From positions 1 through 64,000 of the forward strand of contig JBMFIG010000006.1 of NCBI GenBank assembly GCA_049976425.1: 64,000 nt of DNA. The letters run 5' to 3'. This document shows, piece by piece, positions 17,227-27,885 of this stretch (positions within the stretch are counted from its first letter, which is position 1; the number at the start of each line of letters is the position of its first letter). A program made the position numbers and the translations under genes. The notes beneath the pieces are model-generated. The model made no database searches and was not told the origin of the DNA. It saw nothing but the letters and a program-made list of their open reading frames with translations. Source of the stretch: Thermoproteus sp. (lineage in GTDB: Archaea > Thermoproteota > Thermoprotei > Thermoproteales > Thermoproteaceae).

Positions 17227-19386
17227 ATGTCAGTTATACCAGTTATAGGATTACTGATCGGCGCATTCGGCCTTCTATATGCGCTGTATCTGGCCAGGTG
17301 GGTTCTACGTCAAGATCCAGGGACCGATAAAATGAGGTTTATATCTAACGCCATAGCGACAGGCGCCCGTGCGTATTTGTTCAGGCAGTACAAGACTCTA
17401 TCAATTCTCCTGGTGATCCTCGCCATCGCCATCTTTTTCGCCGTAGATATGACCAGAAGATTGCCGGGTCTCACCGCCTTGGGCTTCGTGGTCGGCGCGC
17501 TTGGGTCCATGTTGGCCGGATATCTAGGCATGTACGTGACGACTAGATCGGCCTCGCGCGTGGCTCAAGCCGCAGCTAGCGGCGGCATGGGCAAGGCGCT
17601 ACAAGTATCCTGGCGCGCTGGCGCGGTCATGGGGCTTTCGCTGGCGAGCGTCGCGCTTCTGCTGATATCCGGCTTCTATCTGGTATTTAGTTGGATTGCG
17701 CCTGAGGAGTGGGCCACCCCCCTGGTTGCGCTCGGCTTCGGAGCCAGCTTGGTGACTCTCTTCATGAGGGTTGGCGGCGGTATATATACGAAGGCCGCCG
17801 ATCTCGGGGCCGACCTAGTCGGCAAGATAGAGGCGGGGATCCCCGAGGACGATCCGAGGAACCCCGGCGTCATCGCGGACAATGTGGGCGACAACGTGGG
17901 GGACGTGGCCGGCATGGCCGCCGACGTGTACGAATCGTATATAGTAACGGTCACGGCGGCTATATTTCTGGCCTACATACTAGGCCTCTCGACCGCCTTC
18001 ATAGAGGGCATAATACTCATAGCGTCGTTGGCGTTGCTGGCGACGTTCGTGGGCGTAAATCTGCTGAGGACCAAGAACGTCAGGAACCCCATGAGCTCGA
18101 TAAGCTTCGCCATATATTCCACCATAGCGATCTCCGTGGCCTTGTTCTTCGCGGGATCCCTCGCTTTGGGGCTTAGCACTACAGAGTCCCTCGCCATGGC
18201 GGCTACGGCGTCTCTGGGCGCCGTAGTGGCGCCGTTAGTCGTCAAGGTAACCGATTACTACACCTCCTACAACTACAGCCCTGTTAGGCAGATAGCCGAG
18301 CAGGCCAAGATAAGTCCCGCGACCGTGATAATTACGGGCTATGCCGTGGGGCTCATAAGCGCCGTGCCTGTTCTGTTTGTCATAATAGCGGTGCTGGGGG
18401 TGTCGTACGCTATAGGGTTCTTCGCGTTCCAAGTCACCAGCTTCGGCAGTTACGGCCAATATCTCGCAGGCATATTCGGCACAGCGTTGGCCTCGGTCGG
18501 CCTGCTGGCCATAGCCGGTATAATAATAACAGCCGACTCCTACGGCCCCGTCAGCGATAACGCCAACGGCGTAGTGGAGATGGCGGGTCTGCCCGAGCAC
18601 GTCAGGGAGGTCACAGACGTGCTGGACTCGATAGGCAACACCACCAAGGCGACGACCAAGGGCTACGCCATAGCGAGCGCCGCGTTGGCGGCGCTTGTGC
18701 TCTTCATAGCTCTGATGTTCGAGATAATGAAGTCGATGGCGCGAGTATTGCAACAGCCTCTTACCTCTCTGCTGGCCGACTCGATCTCCAAGATATCGAT
18801 AATCAACCCTAACGTTCTGATAGGCGCCTTCATAGGCGTGATGATAGTGTACTTCTTCACGAGCAGAACGCTCGGCGCAGTCGGGCGGACCGCCATGGAG
18901 ATTGTCGAAGAGATAAGAAGGCAGTTCAGAGAGAGACCGGGCATATTGGAGTGGAAAGAACAGCCCGACTACGCGAGAGTCGTCGATATTGCCACGAGGA
19001 GGGCTCTAGGCGAGTTCTTGCTACCCGGCCTGGTGGTGATAGTCGTGCCGTTGGTGACCGGCTTCGTCATGGGCTGGCAAGCTCTAGCAGGCTTGATCAT
19101 GGGCGCCCTAGTTTCCGGAGTTCCCCGCGCCTTATTGATGGCCAACGCCGGCGGGGCCTGGGACAACGCGAAGAAATACGTAGAGTTGCAGGGCCTGAAG
19201 AAGACGGAGCAGCACAAGGCCGCGGTCGTGGGCGACACGGTAGGCGATCCGTTTAAGGACACGTCAGGCCCGTCGCTGAACCCCCTGATCAAGGTGCTCA
19301 ACACTCTGTCCGTGGTGTTCGCGTTCGCTATAGTGTTGGCCAATGTACATATGCATATAGTATTGACAGGCCTATTCCCGTTCTAA
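17227..19386 (+). CDS. hppA: membrane H+-translocating pyrophosphatase, K+-independent type
   Basis: GGIYTKAADLGADLVGKIE, EDDPRN, DNVGDNVGD, GNTTK (Lys signature), GDTVGDPFKD. Confidence 0.97.
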   Translation: MSVIPVIGLLIGAFGLLYALYLARWVLRQDPGTDKMRFISNAIATGARAYLFRQYKTLSILLVILAIAIFFAVDMTRRLPGLTALGFVVGALGSMLAGYLGMYVTTRSASRVAQAAASGGMGKALQVSWRAGAVMGLSLASVALLLISGFYLVFSWIAPEEWATPLVALGFGASLVTLFMRVGGGIYTKAADLGADLVGKIEAGIPEDDPRNPGVIADNVGDNVGDVAGMAADVYESYIVTVTAAIFLAYILGLSTAFIEGIILIASLALLATFVGVNLLRTKNVRNPMSSISFAIYSTIAISVALFFAGSLALGLSTTESLAMAATASLGAVVAPLVVKVTDYYTSYNYSPVRQIAEQAKISPATVIITGYAVGLISAVPVLFVIIAVLGVSYAIGFFAFQVTSFGSYGQYLAGIFGTALASVGLLAIAGIIITADSYGPVSDNANGVVEMAGLPEHVREVTDVLDSIGNTTKATTKGYAIASAALAALVLFIALMFEIMKSMARVLQQPLTSLLADSISKISIINPNVLIGAFIGVMIVYFFTSRTLGAVGRTAMEIVEEIRRQFRERPGILEWKEQPDYARVVDIATRRALGEFLLPGLVVIVVPLVTGFVMGWQALAGLIMGALVSGVPRALLMANAGGAWDNAKKYVELQGLKKTEQHKAAVVGDTVGDPFKDTSGPSLNPLIKVLNTLSVVFAFAIVLANVHMHIVLTGLFPF

Positions 19387-19437
19387 GTGTTTTAGGGAAA
19401 AACTAAAAAGCTCTTTTCACGTCTCCATTCAATGTAG

Positions 19438-20982
19438 ATGTATCCTCCTGAGAGCGAGGAAGGCAATAGGGAATACAAGCTTCTCATCAAGGATAGCGAT
19501 ATAGAGCATCTAGCGGGCCAGATGAAGCGCCGGCTGGTAGAGGGCGGCGGCGAGGCGTTTTACTTAATAGGCGTATCCGACGACGGCAAGCCCCTCGGCC
19601 TGGACGATGGGGCCCTCAAGGAGGCCCTCTCGGCCGTGGAGAGGGCCGCGGAGAGAATAGGGGCCGTGGCGTATCTGGTGAGGCTTGAGGAGGGCATAAG
19701 GGGAAAGGTGGCCGAGGTCTTGATAAGAAATAGGGCAGGCGAGGACAACCCGCCTCCGGTTGTGCACGTCGTGGCGCTTGGAAACGTAGATGCTGGTAAG
19801 TCGACGTTGATAGGCGTCTTGATCACCGGGCGGCTAGACGACGGAAGGGGGAGCGCGAGGGTCTACGCCGCTCGTTTCAAGCACGAGGTCCTCACAGGGC
19901 GTACATCGGCGGTCTCCACGAGGCTTCTGGGCTTCAGAGGCTACCGGATAGTTAACGCAGATCTGCCCGACCCGCTTGACGAGGCCTCGGTCTATCTGAA
20001 CTCGGATAAGGCGGTTCTGTTCATAGATGTGGGGGGCCACGAGGGCTATCTCAGAACGTCTCTGAGAGGCATTCTGGGAAACGCGCCGGATTACGGGATG
20101 TTAGTAGTAGCGGCAAACTCCGGCGTCCAGAGGATGACCAAGGAGCATTTAGCCGTGGCCGTTGCAGTAGGCGTCCCCGTCTTTGTCGTGGTGACTAGGT
20201 TAGACATAACGCCCAAATCGGTCCTGGAGAGAACCGTCGATGATGTCGTGGGCTTGTTGAAGATGCCTGGGGTGAGCAAAGTCCCCTATATGGTAAAGAA
20301 CGACGAAGATGCAGTAGTCGCGGCCAAAATGATGCCTACAGGACGCGTGGCGCCTATATTCCTCGTCTCCAACGTGACCGGCGAGGGGCTGGACAAGCTG
20401 AGGCTATTTCTGTCGCTATTGCCTAAGAGACTTCACTGGAGCAACTCCGGCGTCCCCGTCCTCTATATATCCGAGATATACAAGGTCCGAGGCGTAGGCA
20501 CTGTGGTTGGGGGCTTGCTCGAAGGCGGCCGGCTGGCCTCCGGCCAGAGAGTCCTCATAGGTCCTCTAGACGACGGCGGCTGGAGATCCGTCAGGATAAA
20601 ATCAATACAAGTGAATAGGGTCTCGGTAGGCTCGGCGAGCCCTGGGCAGTACATTACAGTAGCCATAGAGGGCTTTGACGATGTGCGTAAGGGTATGGCC
20701 CTTGCGGCCGAGCCGTTGAAGTCCTCCATCAGAATACGGGCGGATGTGATAGTCCTAAGACATCCGACCGTGATAAGGCCGGGCTTCACCGGCGTACTGC
20801 ATCTGAGGTCTATAAGATCGCCGGCTACAATAACGTGGATAGACAAGGGTGTGTTGATGATGGGCGACGTCGGCAAGATAGAGCTGGAGCTTTCGCGGCC
20901 TTGGGCCGTGCCCAACGGCGAGAGGTTTATCTTCAGAAACGGTCCGACGAGGGTGTTAGGCCGAGTGATCCACACTTATTAA
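19438..20982 (+). CDS. GTPBP1-like translational GTPase (aGPBP)
   Basis: PPESEEGNREYK N-domain, GNVDAGKST, HE..TGRTS, DVGGHE, two beta-barrel domains. Confidence 0.92.
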   Translation: MYPPESEEGNREYKLLIKDSDIEHLAGQMKRRLVEGGGEAFYLIGVSDDGKPLGLDDGALKEALSAVERAAERIGAVAYLVRLEEGIRGKVAEVLIRNRAGEDNPPPVVHVVALGNVDAGKSTLIGVLITGRLDDGRGSARVYAARFKHEVLTGRTSAVSTRLLGFRGYRIVNADLPDPLDEASVYLNSDKAVLFIDVGGHEGYLRTSLRGILGNAPDYGMLVVAANSGVQRMTKEHLAVAVAVGVPVFVVVTRLDITPKSVLERTVDDVVGLLKMPGVSKVPYMVKNDEDAVVAAKMMPTGRVAPIFLVSNVTGEGLDKLRLFLSLLPKRLHWSNSGVPVLYISEIYKVRGVGTVVGGLLEGGRLASGQRVLIGPLDDGGWRSVRIKSIQVNRVSVGSASPGQYITVAIEGFDDVRKGMALAAEPLKSSIRIRADVIVLRHPTVIRPGFTGVLHLRSIRSPATITWIDKGVLMMGDVGKIELELSRPWAVPNGERFIFRNGPTRVLGRVIHTY

Positions 20983-21003
20983 TAGAGGTGTCCACAATCG
21001 CCA

Positions 21004-21654
21004 GTGCTGATACCTCCGCCGTTGTGTAAAGTCGTAAAGTGCGACGATCTGGAACAATTGACCCTGGACGAGGCTTTGAGAGAGCTCAGAAAGACCGACG
21101 AGGTGGAGATCTTAAGGCCTAATATATACGCCGTCAAGTACGATTTCGGGAAGATCACGCCTTCGATGATAAACGACTACGAATACTGCCCCCGCCTGCT
21201 CTGGATACAGGCGAAGCTAGGCAAGAAGCTCCTCACGCGCAGATCGCTGATCGCTCTCATAAGGGGCCGCCTGCTCCACGAAAGATACGAGAGAATACTC
21301 TCAGCCATGGAGGATGTCTTGACGGAGTACAAGATAGAGCTCGGCGACATGGTCGGGGTCATAGATCTAGTGTTTAGACGCAACGAGAAAATGATACCTG
21401 TGGAAATAAAAAGCGGAGCTATGACGAGGGGATCTCACGTAAAACAGTTGCAGATATACATAGAGCTGTTGAGGACGGATTTCGGATATCTAGTTTATAG
21501 AAACAAGGTAGAAAGGATAGAGCGCAACCCCGAGGCCACTAAAATCCTTGAAGATATAAGGAGGGTTCTGAGGAGCCCGGAGCCGCCTCCCGTTGACAGA
21601 GAGCGTTGCAGAAGTTGTCCATTTAGATCAATATGCAATATATATTCTAAATAG
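21004..21654 (+). CDS. cas4: solo Cas4 family Fe-S exonuclease
   Basis: YCPR, G..LH, GVIDL, VEIKS, QLQIY, CxxCPFxxxC. Confidence 0.9.
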   Translation: MLIPPPLCKVVKCDDLEQLTLDEALRELRKTDEVEILRPNIYAVKYDFGKITPSMINDYEYCPRLLWIQAKLGKKLLTRRSLIALIRGRLLHERYERILSAMEDVLTEYKIELGDMVGVIDLVFRRNEKMIPVEIKSGAMTRGSHVKQLQIYIELLRTDFGYLVYRNKVERIERNPEATKILEDIRRVLRSPEPPPVDRERCRSCPFRSICNIYSK

Positions 21655-21765
21655 TAATATAGTTATGCTAATAGGATAAAACAACTAATATGATAAGTAG
21701 ATAGAGCACTTTAGATAGATATAGAAATAAAGAAATCTATAAAAAGAGTGTGTTGACCGTAGCCC

Positions 21766-23703
21766 ATGTCACCGAGCTACGTAGAGTATCTGAGCATGCC
21801 ATCATTCACCCCCTATGTCGTTTATACCTTAGCCGCTCTATCTGTGGCATCGCTTCTCTATTTCACTAATAAACTTCTATATGAGCTAGGTGGCATTAAA
21901 ATAATCCTAAAGTATATTTTTAAAAAGAAAACATATAAATTCATTTATGAATTTATAATACATAGAAGATTTTTTGTGGAGGAAATCTTAGGAGGTCTCG
22001 CACACTATTTGCTGATGATAGGTCTCGGTATTTCGTTGATAGCCACCACAATAGTTGCTGTAACACACTATGCAGGTATAGTGTATAGCGGACCCGTATT
22101 TTTAACACTCAGATTTCTCCTGGACATAGTAGCCCTGTTCTTAATCCTGGGCCCTATACTAGCAATCTATAGAATAGTAAAATATAAAAATAGATATAAT
22201 AACCTTAGAGAATATATAATTATATTAATAGGATTTATGATTATAAGCTTAACGGGGATGATACTGCAGAGGTACAGAATGGAGTACTACTTCGGCGGCC
22301 CTACGCCGTGGTCTCCCCTATCCTACTTAATTCCGATGCTATCACATAGTTTATATGTATATTCATATTTTATCCATATAATAATAGTATTTTTATTAAT
22401 ATCAATAATACCATTAACTATATTAAAGCATATGATAATATCCCTTGTAAATTATGTTGAGTTGGATAGAGAATATGGAGAGCTCACTACGCCGTTTGAT
22501 CTCGAGAAGGTTATCGAGACGGGTCAGACCGAGGTGAAGGTGGGCGTGAAGACTAAAGCCGACATGGAGCCGTTACATAGGATTATGGTTGATGCATGTA
22601 CGAGGTGCAATAGGTGTGAGGACGTCTGTCCAGCCACTAGGGCTGGCCGCCCGCTTAGTCCGCGCGTTCTCATAAACAAGATATCTGGTGCCGATATCGA
22701 CAAGTCGTTCTTCGAGTTGGGCCTCCAAGAGGATGAGGTATGGGCGTGCACGACTTGCGGGGCTTGTATGTTGTCTTGTCCTGTTTATATAAGACATGTC
22801 GATTATATTATCGACATTAGGAGAGGTCTTGTCTTCGAATCTAAGTTGGACCAGAAGAAGTCGGATTTATTGATGTCGTTGAGCCAATACGGCAACACGC
22901 AGATGCAGAGCAATTATGGGAGGCATGATTGGTTGAGGGAGTTAGGAGTCAAGACTGTCGGCGAGAACCCCAACTTCGAGTATTTGCTGTGGGTGGGCTG
23001 TATGGGTAGCTTCGACAATAGGGCTAGGCAAATCATAAAGGCCTTCATAGGCATACTTAAGGAGGCCGGGCTTCTGGACAAGATAGCGGTGCTCGGAGAT
23101 GAGGAGACTTGTTGCGGCGATCCTGCTAGAAGGCTCGGCGAGGAGAGCAGATTCCAAGAGATTGTGCTTAATAACAAAAATATATTTAATAAATACAATG
23201 TAAAGAATATAATTACTATATGTCCACATGGATATAATACATTTAAGAATGAATATAAACGCTTCGGAGTCCAGCTTAACGTGTATCACCACACAGAGTT
23301 TTTGAACAAACTACTGGAGGAGGGGAGGATCAAGATAAACGGCGGCGCTGGCATCTACACGATACACGATCCCTGCTACCTCGCTCGCCACAACAAGGTG
23401 GTGGAGCCTCAGAGGAGGATAGTGGTCCAGCTCGGCGAGTTGAGAGAGGCCAAGCTACATGGCGAGAGGACGTTCTGTTGTGGGGCGGGCGGCGCCAATT
23501 ATTGGTACGACGTTAAGGAAGAGAGGCGTATCAGCCACATAAGGCTTGAGCAGTTGATGGAGACGGGAGCCTCCACTATAGTCACGCTCTGTCCATTCTG
23601 CAACGCGATGTTGTCCGACGCGGCGAGGAATAAAGAGGCCAAGGTCTCCATAAAGGACCTCGCCGAGGTGCTCTACGAGAACCTAGCGAGCTCCCCTAAA
23701 TAA
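21766..23703 (+). CDS. membrane-bound Fe-S oxidoreductase (NarI-like + 2x[4Fe-4S] + 2 CCG domains; FadF/HdrDE-like)
   Basis: TM region with His residues; CTRCNRCEDVCP, CTTCGACMLSCP, CCG twice, HDPC. Confidence 0.88.
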   Translation: MSPSYVEYLSMPSFTPYVVYTLAALSVASLLYFTNKLLYELGGIKIILKYIFKKKTYKFIYEFIIHRRFFVEEILGGLAHYLLMIGLGISLIATTIVAVTHYAGIVYSGPVFLTLRFLLDIVALFLILGPILAIYRIVKYKNRYNNLREYIIILIGFMIISLTGMILQRYRMEYYFGGPTPWSPLSYLIPMLSHSLYVYSYFIHIIIVFLLISIIPLTILKHMIISLVNYVELDREYGELTTPFDLEKVIETGQTEVKVGVKTKADMEPLHRIMVDACTRCNRCEDVCPATRAGRPLSPRVLINKISGADIDKSFFELGLQEDEVWACTTCGACMLSCPVYIRHVDYIIDIRRGLVFESKLDQKKSDLLMSLSQYGNTQMQSNYGRHDWLRELGVKTVGENPNFEYLLWVGCMGSFDNRARQIIKAFIGILKEAGLLDKIAVLGDEETCCGDPARRLGEESRFQEIVLNNKNIFNKYNVKNIITICPHGYNTFKNEYKRFGVQLNVYHHTEFLNKLLEEGRIKINGGAGIYTIHDPCYLARHNKVVEPQRRIVVQLGELREAKLHGERTFCCGAGGANYWYDVKEERRISHIRLEQLMETGASTIVTLCPFCNAMLSDAARNKEAKVSIKDLAEVLYENLASSPK

Positions 23704-23722
23704 ATAGGGGCTTATTTTCTAC

Positions 23723-24976
23723 ATGATTTTCCTGGTGTTGTTAGCCATAGGCGCCGTGACCGCTACCTGGCACCTAATAACTACGTTCTCCTCGTCCGAG
23801 GAGCAGCTGGATTACGGACATGCCGACGATGACGAGGGGGTCTATGTCATCATGCCATCGTGTAGAGACGAGAACTTATTCGAGACGCTCCCTAAATGGC
23901 TGTCTCAGAACTATAGAAATTACAAAGTGGTTGTGGTGGAGGACTGCGGCGATATGGGCCTGGCAGAGCCCTACAAGCTTAGGCCCTCAGGCTCGGTGAG
24001 GACTCCTAGGTTGCTCAAGGTCTTTTCCGGCGAGAGGCTTATCCTGTTTATGAGGGAGGGCAGGTTCGGGCTTAAGGGCGGTGCCTTAAACGACGCTATA
24101 AGAGGCCTATTGTTGCTCAAGCCTCTCAGAAATCCCAAATACGTGATCTTCGTGGATAGCGATCACGAGCCTCCCGACTTCGACTTCATCAAGAGGGCCG
24201 TCTCGACGATAAGGAGATTAGGCGTCGACTTGGTCCAGGGGGTGCAGAGGCATCTATATTTGGGCTCCTCGCTTGACGCCTTGGTCTCTGTCTCCCACGA
24301 CATATCGGGGACTATGCTGGTGGGCAGGACCCGTCTAGGCATGATGCCCATATTCACCGGGTCGACGGCTATAGCGAGGCTCGAGCCGATAACTAGGTTA
24401 TGGTTCTCGGAGGACACGGTGACGGAGGACCTAGACCTCTCCGTCCGCATGTGGCTCAACGGCTACTCCATAGCGGCGACTTGGGGGCTCTACACGTGGG
24501 GCAGGCCTCCCCGTAGCCTCAGATCCTATTTCAAGCAACAGCTGAGGTGGGCCTCGGGCACCATAAGGGTATTCCTTCGGTACCTAATTCCGGTCATCAG
24601 AAGCGATATGCCTCTGGCCAGAAAGATCGATTTCTTCTTCCAGGGCACGGTTTTCGCCACGAGCGCGATCTATGTAGCCATCATAGCGTTGTTTATATAC
24701 AAACTGGCTGTCGACCCTCGGTTTACGGCGGCTGAGGTAGCTCTGCTCCTCTACATGTTCTCGGCGGGTCTAGCCATCGATGTGTACGTGGAGTCGAAAT
24801 ACCATACGCCGACCAAGCCGGATGTCTTGGCTCCGTTTCTGGAGCTCGTCACGGCCTTCGTCCACCTCGCGGGCACCGTGCTCGGCATCGTCGGCAAGGA
24901 GTACGGATGGGTTAGAACGGAGAGGAAGTTCGCCAATGCAATTGACGAGCTCAGTTATTCCGCTCGCCGTTTATGA
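23723..24976 (+). CDS. GT2 processive glycosyltransferase (cellulose synthase-like)
   Basis: KGGALN, DSD, TED, QQLRW; N- and C-terminal TM segments. Confidence 0.85.
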   Translation: MIFLVLLAIGAVTATWHLITTFSSSEEQLDYGHADDDEGVYVIMPSCRDENLFETLPKWLSQNYRNYKVVVVEDCGDMGLAEPYKLRPSGSVRTPRLLKVFSGERLILFMREGRFGLKGGALNDAIRGLLLLKPLRNPKYVIFVDSDHEPPDFDFIKRAVSTIRRLGVDLVQGVQRHLYLGSSLDALVSVSHDISGTMLVGRTRLGMMPIFTGSTAIARLEPITRLWFSEDTVTEDLDLSVRMWLNGYSIAATWGLYTWGRPPRSLRSYFKQQLRWASGTIRVFLRYLIPVIRSDMPLARKIDFFFQGTVFATSAIYVAIIALFIYKLAVDPRFTAAEVALLLYMFSAGLAIDVYVESKYHTPTKPDVLAPFLELVTAFVHLAGTVLGIVGKEYGWVRTERKFANAIDELSYSARRL

Positions 24977-26012
24977 ACTCTACAACGGCCCTATAGGCCT
25001 CCTCCGGCGGCATATGTACGGGCGGGTTCTTAAAGCCCCAGGCGGATGCGCTGTATATAGGACCTCCTATATGTCTGTCTAGGGCAAGTTTAGCCAGCCT
25101 TATTGCGTCCGACACGACAGCCGCGCTGTTCCAAGCGTCGTGTACCTCCAGCTCTACTCTTATGCTTATCGGGACCCCGCCGAATATACGGCCCTCTATC
25201 AGCATATGCGCTATTTTCCTATCGCCGAGAAACGGTATGTAGGCCACCGGGGCTATATACGCGTTGAAGTCCTGGCCCTCAGCCATCTTCTTTACAGCCG
25301 CCGTCTTGGTCTTCTCCTTGTCGCCCCTTCTGTACATCAAATTGGCGAAGTCGGGCGTCCCGCCTACATTTATCTGGTAGGTATCCATGATCTCGACCCC
25401 CCTCAGTGACAGTAAATGCACTAAGGTCTTGTGCAACACGGTGGCTCCTATCTGGTTCTGGGTATCGTCGCCCAACAGCGGCACCTCCCTCTCGGCGAAC
25501 TTCCGTTGCCAGACTTCGCTTGTCGCTATCGGAGCCGGCATCGCGTTTATGAACGCCGCTCTCGCCCTCAGAGCAGCCTCGGCGTACGCCTCGGCGGCTT
25601 TCCTAGCCCCCGTCGGCAGGTAGTTGACCAACACCTCAGTGTTTGTGGACTCCAGCTCCCTCACTACATCTTCGAGGGATCCCTCGACGACCTTATCGAC
25701 GACGTTCCCCTCCGGCTTTCCGTCAAGGACAGGCCCTGCCCTAACTACTACGCCCAGTTTTCCCGGCTGATATACCTTGGTCGCGTTGTTTGGAGGCGAG
25801 AATATAGCCTCGGCGAGATCTCTGCCGACCTTACGCGCGTCTATGTCGAAGGCCGCCGTGAACTCTATATCGGCCACGGTGTAGTTCCCGACTTTCTTGA
25901 AAGCGACTAGCGGCTCCAGCTCAGGATATTTCTTGTACATCTCCACTCCCTGCACCAAGGCGGAGGCGCAGTTGCCCACGCCGGCAATCCCGACCCTGAT
26001 AGGCATATCCAT
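24951..26012 (-). CDS. ino1: myo-inositol-1-phosphate synthase
   Basis: GVGNCASALVQG, NYLP, GDD, QINVGG, D.WNSA, FKNPP. Confidence 0.93.
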   Translation of the reverse strand: MDMPIRVGIAGVGNCASALVQGVEMYKKYPELEPLVAFKKVGNYTVADIEFTAAFDIDARKVGRDLAEAIFSPPNNATKVYQPGKLGVVVRAGPVLDGKPEGNVVDKVVEGSLEDVVRELESTNTEVLVNYLPTGARKAAEAYAEAALRARAAFINAMPAPIATSEVWQRKFAEREVPLLGDDTQNQIGATVLHKTLVHLLSLRGVEIMDTYQINVGGTPDFANLMYRRGDKEKTKTAAVKKMAEGQDFNAYIAPVAYIPFLGDRKIAHMLIEGRIFGGVPISIRVELEVHDAWNSAAVVSDAIRLAKLALDRHIGGPIYSASAWGFKNPPVHMPPEEAYRAVVEFINGERNN

Positions 26013-26079
26013 CTAAACAGGTCTGTTAATAAACTATTCTGTAAGCATAAGTATTTAAACTCGCCTATACGATGGCTAG

Positions 26080-26397
26080 ATGCCGACCAGGGCGTATCTG
26101 AGATTCCGGAACTGTATAGGCAAGGGCAATCTGTGGCTCTACGCAGTGGCTATATTGTTGAAGGAGGGCCCCCTCCACGGCTACGGCATTATATCCCGTC
26201 TGAGGGCCTTGGGATTTAACATAAGCAACGTATATGGGTACGTCCTCCTCAAGAGGATGGTGGCAGACGGGATCCTAGCCGAGAGGGAGGAGTCGGGCAG
26301 AAAAGTGTATGTCGTGAGCGAGGAGGGTCTTAGATCCTATAGGATCGCCGTAAACGAGATGAAAAACCTCCTGAAATTCTTGGAGATCGAATCCTAA
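26080..26397 (+). CDS. PadR family transcriptional regulator
   Basis: GPLHGYGI, Y..LKRM..DG, RKVY. Confidence 0.85.
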   Translation: MPTRAYLRFRNCIGKGNLWLYAVAILLKEGPLHGYGIISRLRALGFNISNVYGYVLLKRMVADGILAEREESGRKVYVVSEEGLRSYRIAVNEMKNLLKFLEIES

Positions 26398-27434
26398 ACC
26401 TCCACAGTGTCGAGGAATCTCAGACGCTTAGGGACTGGCGGATGGTCCGATAAGATCTCCTGCACTCCGCCGGCCTCTACGTGTTTCAACCTATTGACGA
26501 CGTCGGGGGTTACGTCTCTGAATGGATTTCCGTATGCAGCTGTAAATGCGTATATGAACAAGGCCTTTAGTTTGCTATCGCTTATAGTCTCCCCTCCGCC
26601 GCCCTCATAATACAAGTGGATCTTTGCAAGGGCCTTCTGCATGGGCCACCTCCCCGCTACGCGGGCGCCCACATAATCGGCGTAATACTCCCTCATCCTA
26701 CTAAAGGCCAAAACCAGTAGTTGCTCTATGAACGACACGGCGACGAGCGCGAGGCCCACCAACGCCATGACGGTTCCGGGATTATCCCTCCTCTCCCCAC
26801 CGCCCAAGAATCCTTGCCAAATAAGGCTGTATCCCAAGTAATACACCACGGAGGGGAATAGGCCGAAGAACAACATCACTAGGTTGTCCTTATGTAGATG
26901 GTGGCCTATCTCGTGGCCTATAACCGCCTCGAGCTCGTCGCGGCTCAACATGCCGTAGAGGGATCTCGTGACGGCCACCCGCCTGCCGGTTATGAAATTG
27001 CCGTAAGAGAACGCGTTGGGAGGCCCGTCGACTAACACGGCCTTTATACGGCCGCCGATACCCAGCCTAGAGGCTACGGCGTCTACCACGGCTTGAAGCT
27101 CTGGATCCTCTCTAGCTCCATATGTGAGATCTATTATAAATGGTGATATTAAATATGTGAACAAATTCATTATTAATACAAATAATATTATAAATGGAAT
27201 GGAATATATTGTTGCATAACCGCCCACGTATAAGGCCGCCCATATGGATGCCGCGGTCACGGAGATCAAGACGAAGGCCAGTATTGCCATAGAGACATAT
27301 AGGGAAAAACGTCCGCTGAATTTACGCGCTAATTTAGGCGCCAACGTCGACGCGAGGACTAACATCAAAACGTACCCCAGCAACATCGTGATCCAGTAGA
27401 TTGGGTCAAACCATATGAAATACGGAAACAACAT
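26394..27434 (-). CDS. htpX: HtpX-like M48 zinc metalloprotease
   Basis: PNAF, HEIGH, SRMREYYAD, HPP. Confidence 0.92.
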   Translation of the reverse strand: MLFPYFIWFDPIYWITMLLGYVLMLVLASTLAPKLARKFSGRFSLYVSMAILAFVLISVTAASIWAALYVGGYATIYSIPFIILFVLIMNLFTYLISPFIIDLTYGAREDPELQAVVDAVASRLGIGGRIKAVLVDGPPNAFSYGNFITGRRVAVTRSLYGMLSRDELEAVIGHEIGHHLHKDNLVMLFFGLFPSVVYYLGYSLIWQGFLGGGERRDNPGTVMALVGLALVAVSFIEQLLVLAFSRMREYYADYVGARVAGRWPMQKALAKIHLYYEGGGGETISDSKLKALFIYAFTAAYGNPFRDVTPDVVNRLKHVEAGGVQEILSDHPPVPKRLRFLDTVEV

Positions 27435-27603
27435 GTGCGCTTTTCGAATATCCGTATAAATATCTTTCCCTAATAAAAGATAGTAATAATATTTTATACA
27501 ATAATTAATAATTTATTTATTATAAAAATGATTTACTATTAAAAATATAAAAGAATATAGAATATTAGTAAAGATAAGTTGGATAAAAAGAGGAGGAATA
27601 GTT

Positions 27604-27882
27604 GTGAAGAGCGAGTTCTTAAGCGCGCTATTGACATATATAAACAATGTCGGCGAGAAAGGAACAGCAGTTACTATAAAAATAGATAGAATTTGTGGTG
27701 TAGATAGAAGATGTTCTTGGTATATTTATAAATATATGAATGTATTAGAATCTAAAAATTTAGTTGTTAAGTGGAAGAAAGGCACGTGGATAGCCGAGAG
27801 GCGGAATTTAGATAGGATACGGGAATACATAGCCGCCTATCTTCCTCGAAGAGGTGCTAAAAATATCTCTGTAAAAAGATAA
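27604..27882 (+). CDS. small basic protein, possible winged helix
   Basis: 92 aa; GAGGAG RBS; helix followed by LVVKWKKGTW wing-like hairpin. Confidence 0.6.
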   Translation: MKSEFLSALLTYINNVGEKGTAVTIKIDRICGVDRRCSWYIYKYMNVLESKNLVVKWKKGTWIAERRNLDRIREYIAAYLPRRGAKNISVKR

Positions 27883-27885
27883 AGA

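Noticed and set aside
21004-21765. CRISPR array near cas4
   Set aside because: No regularly spaced 24-37 nt repeats were seen here or elsewhere in the window.
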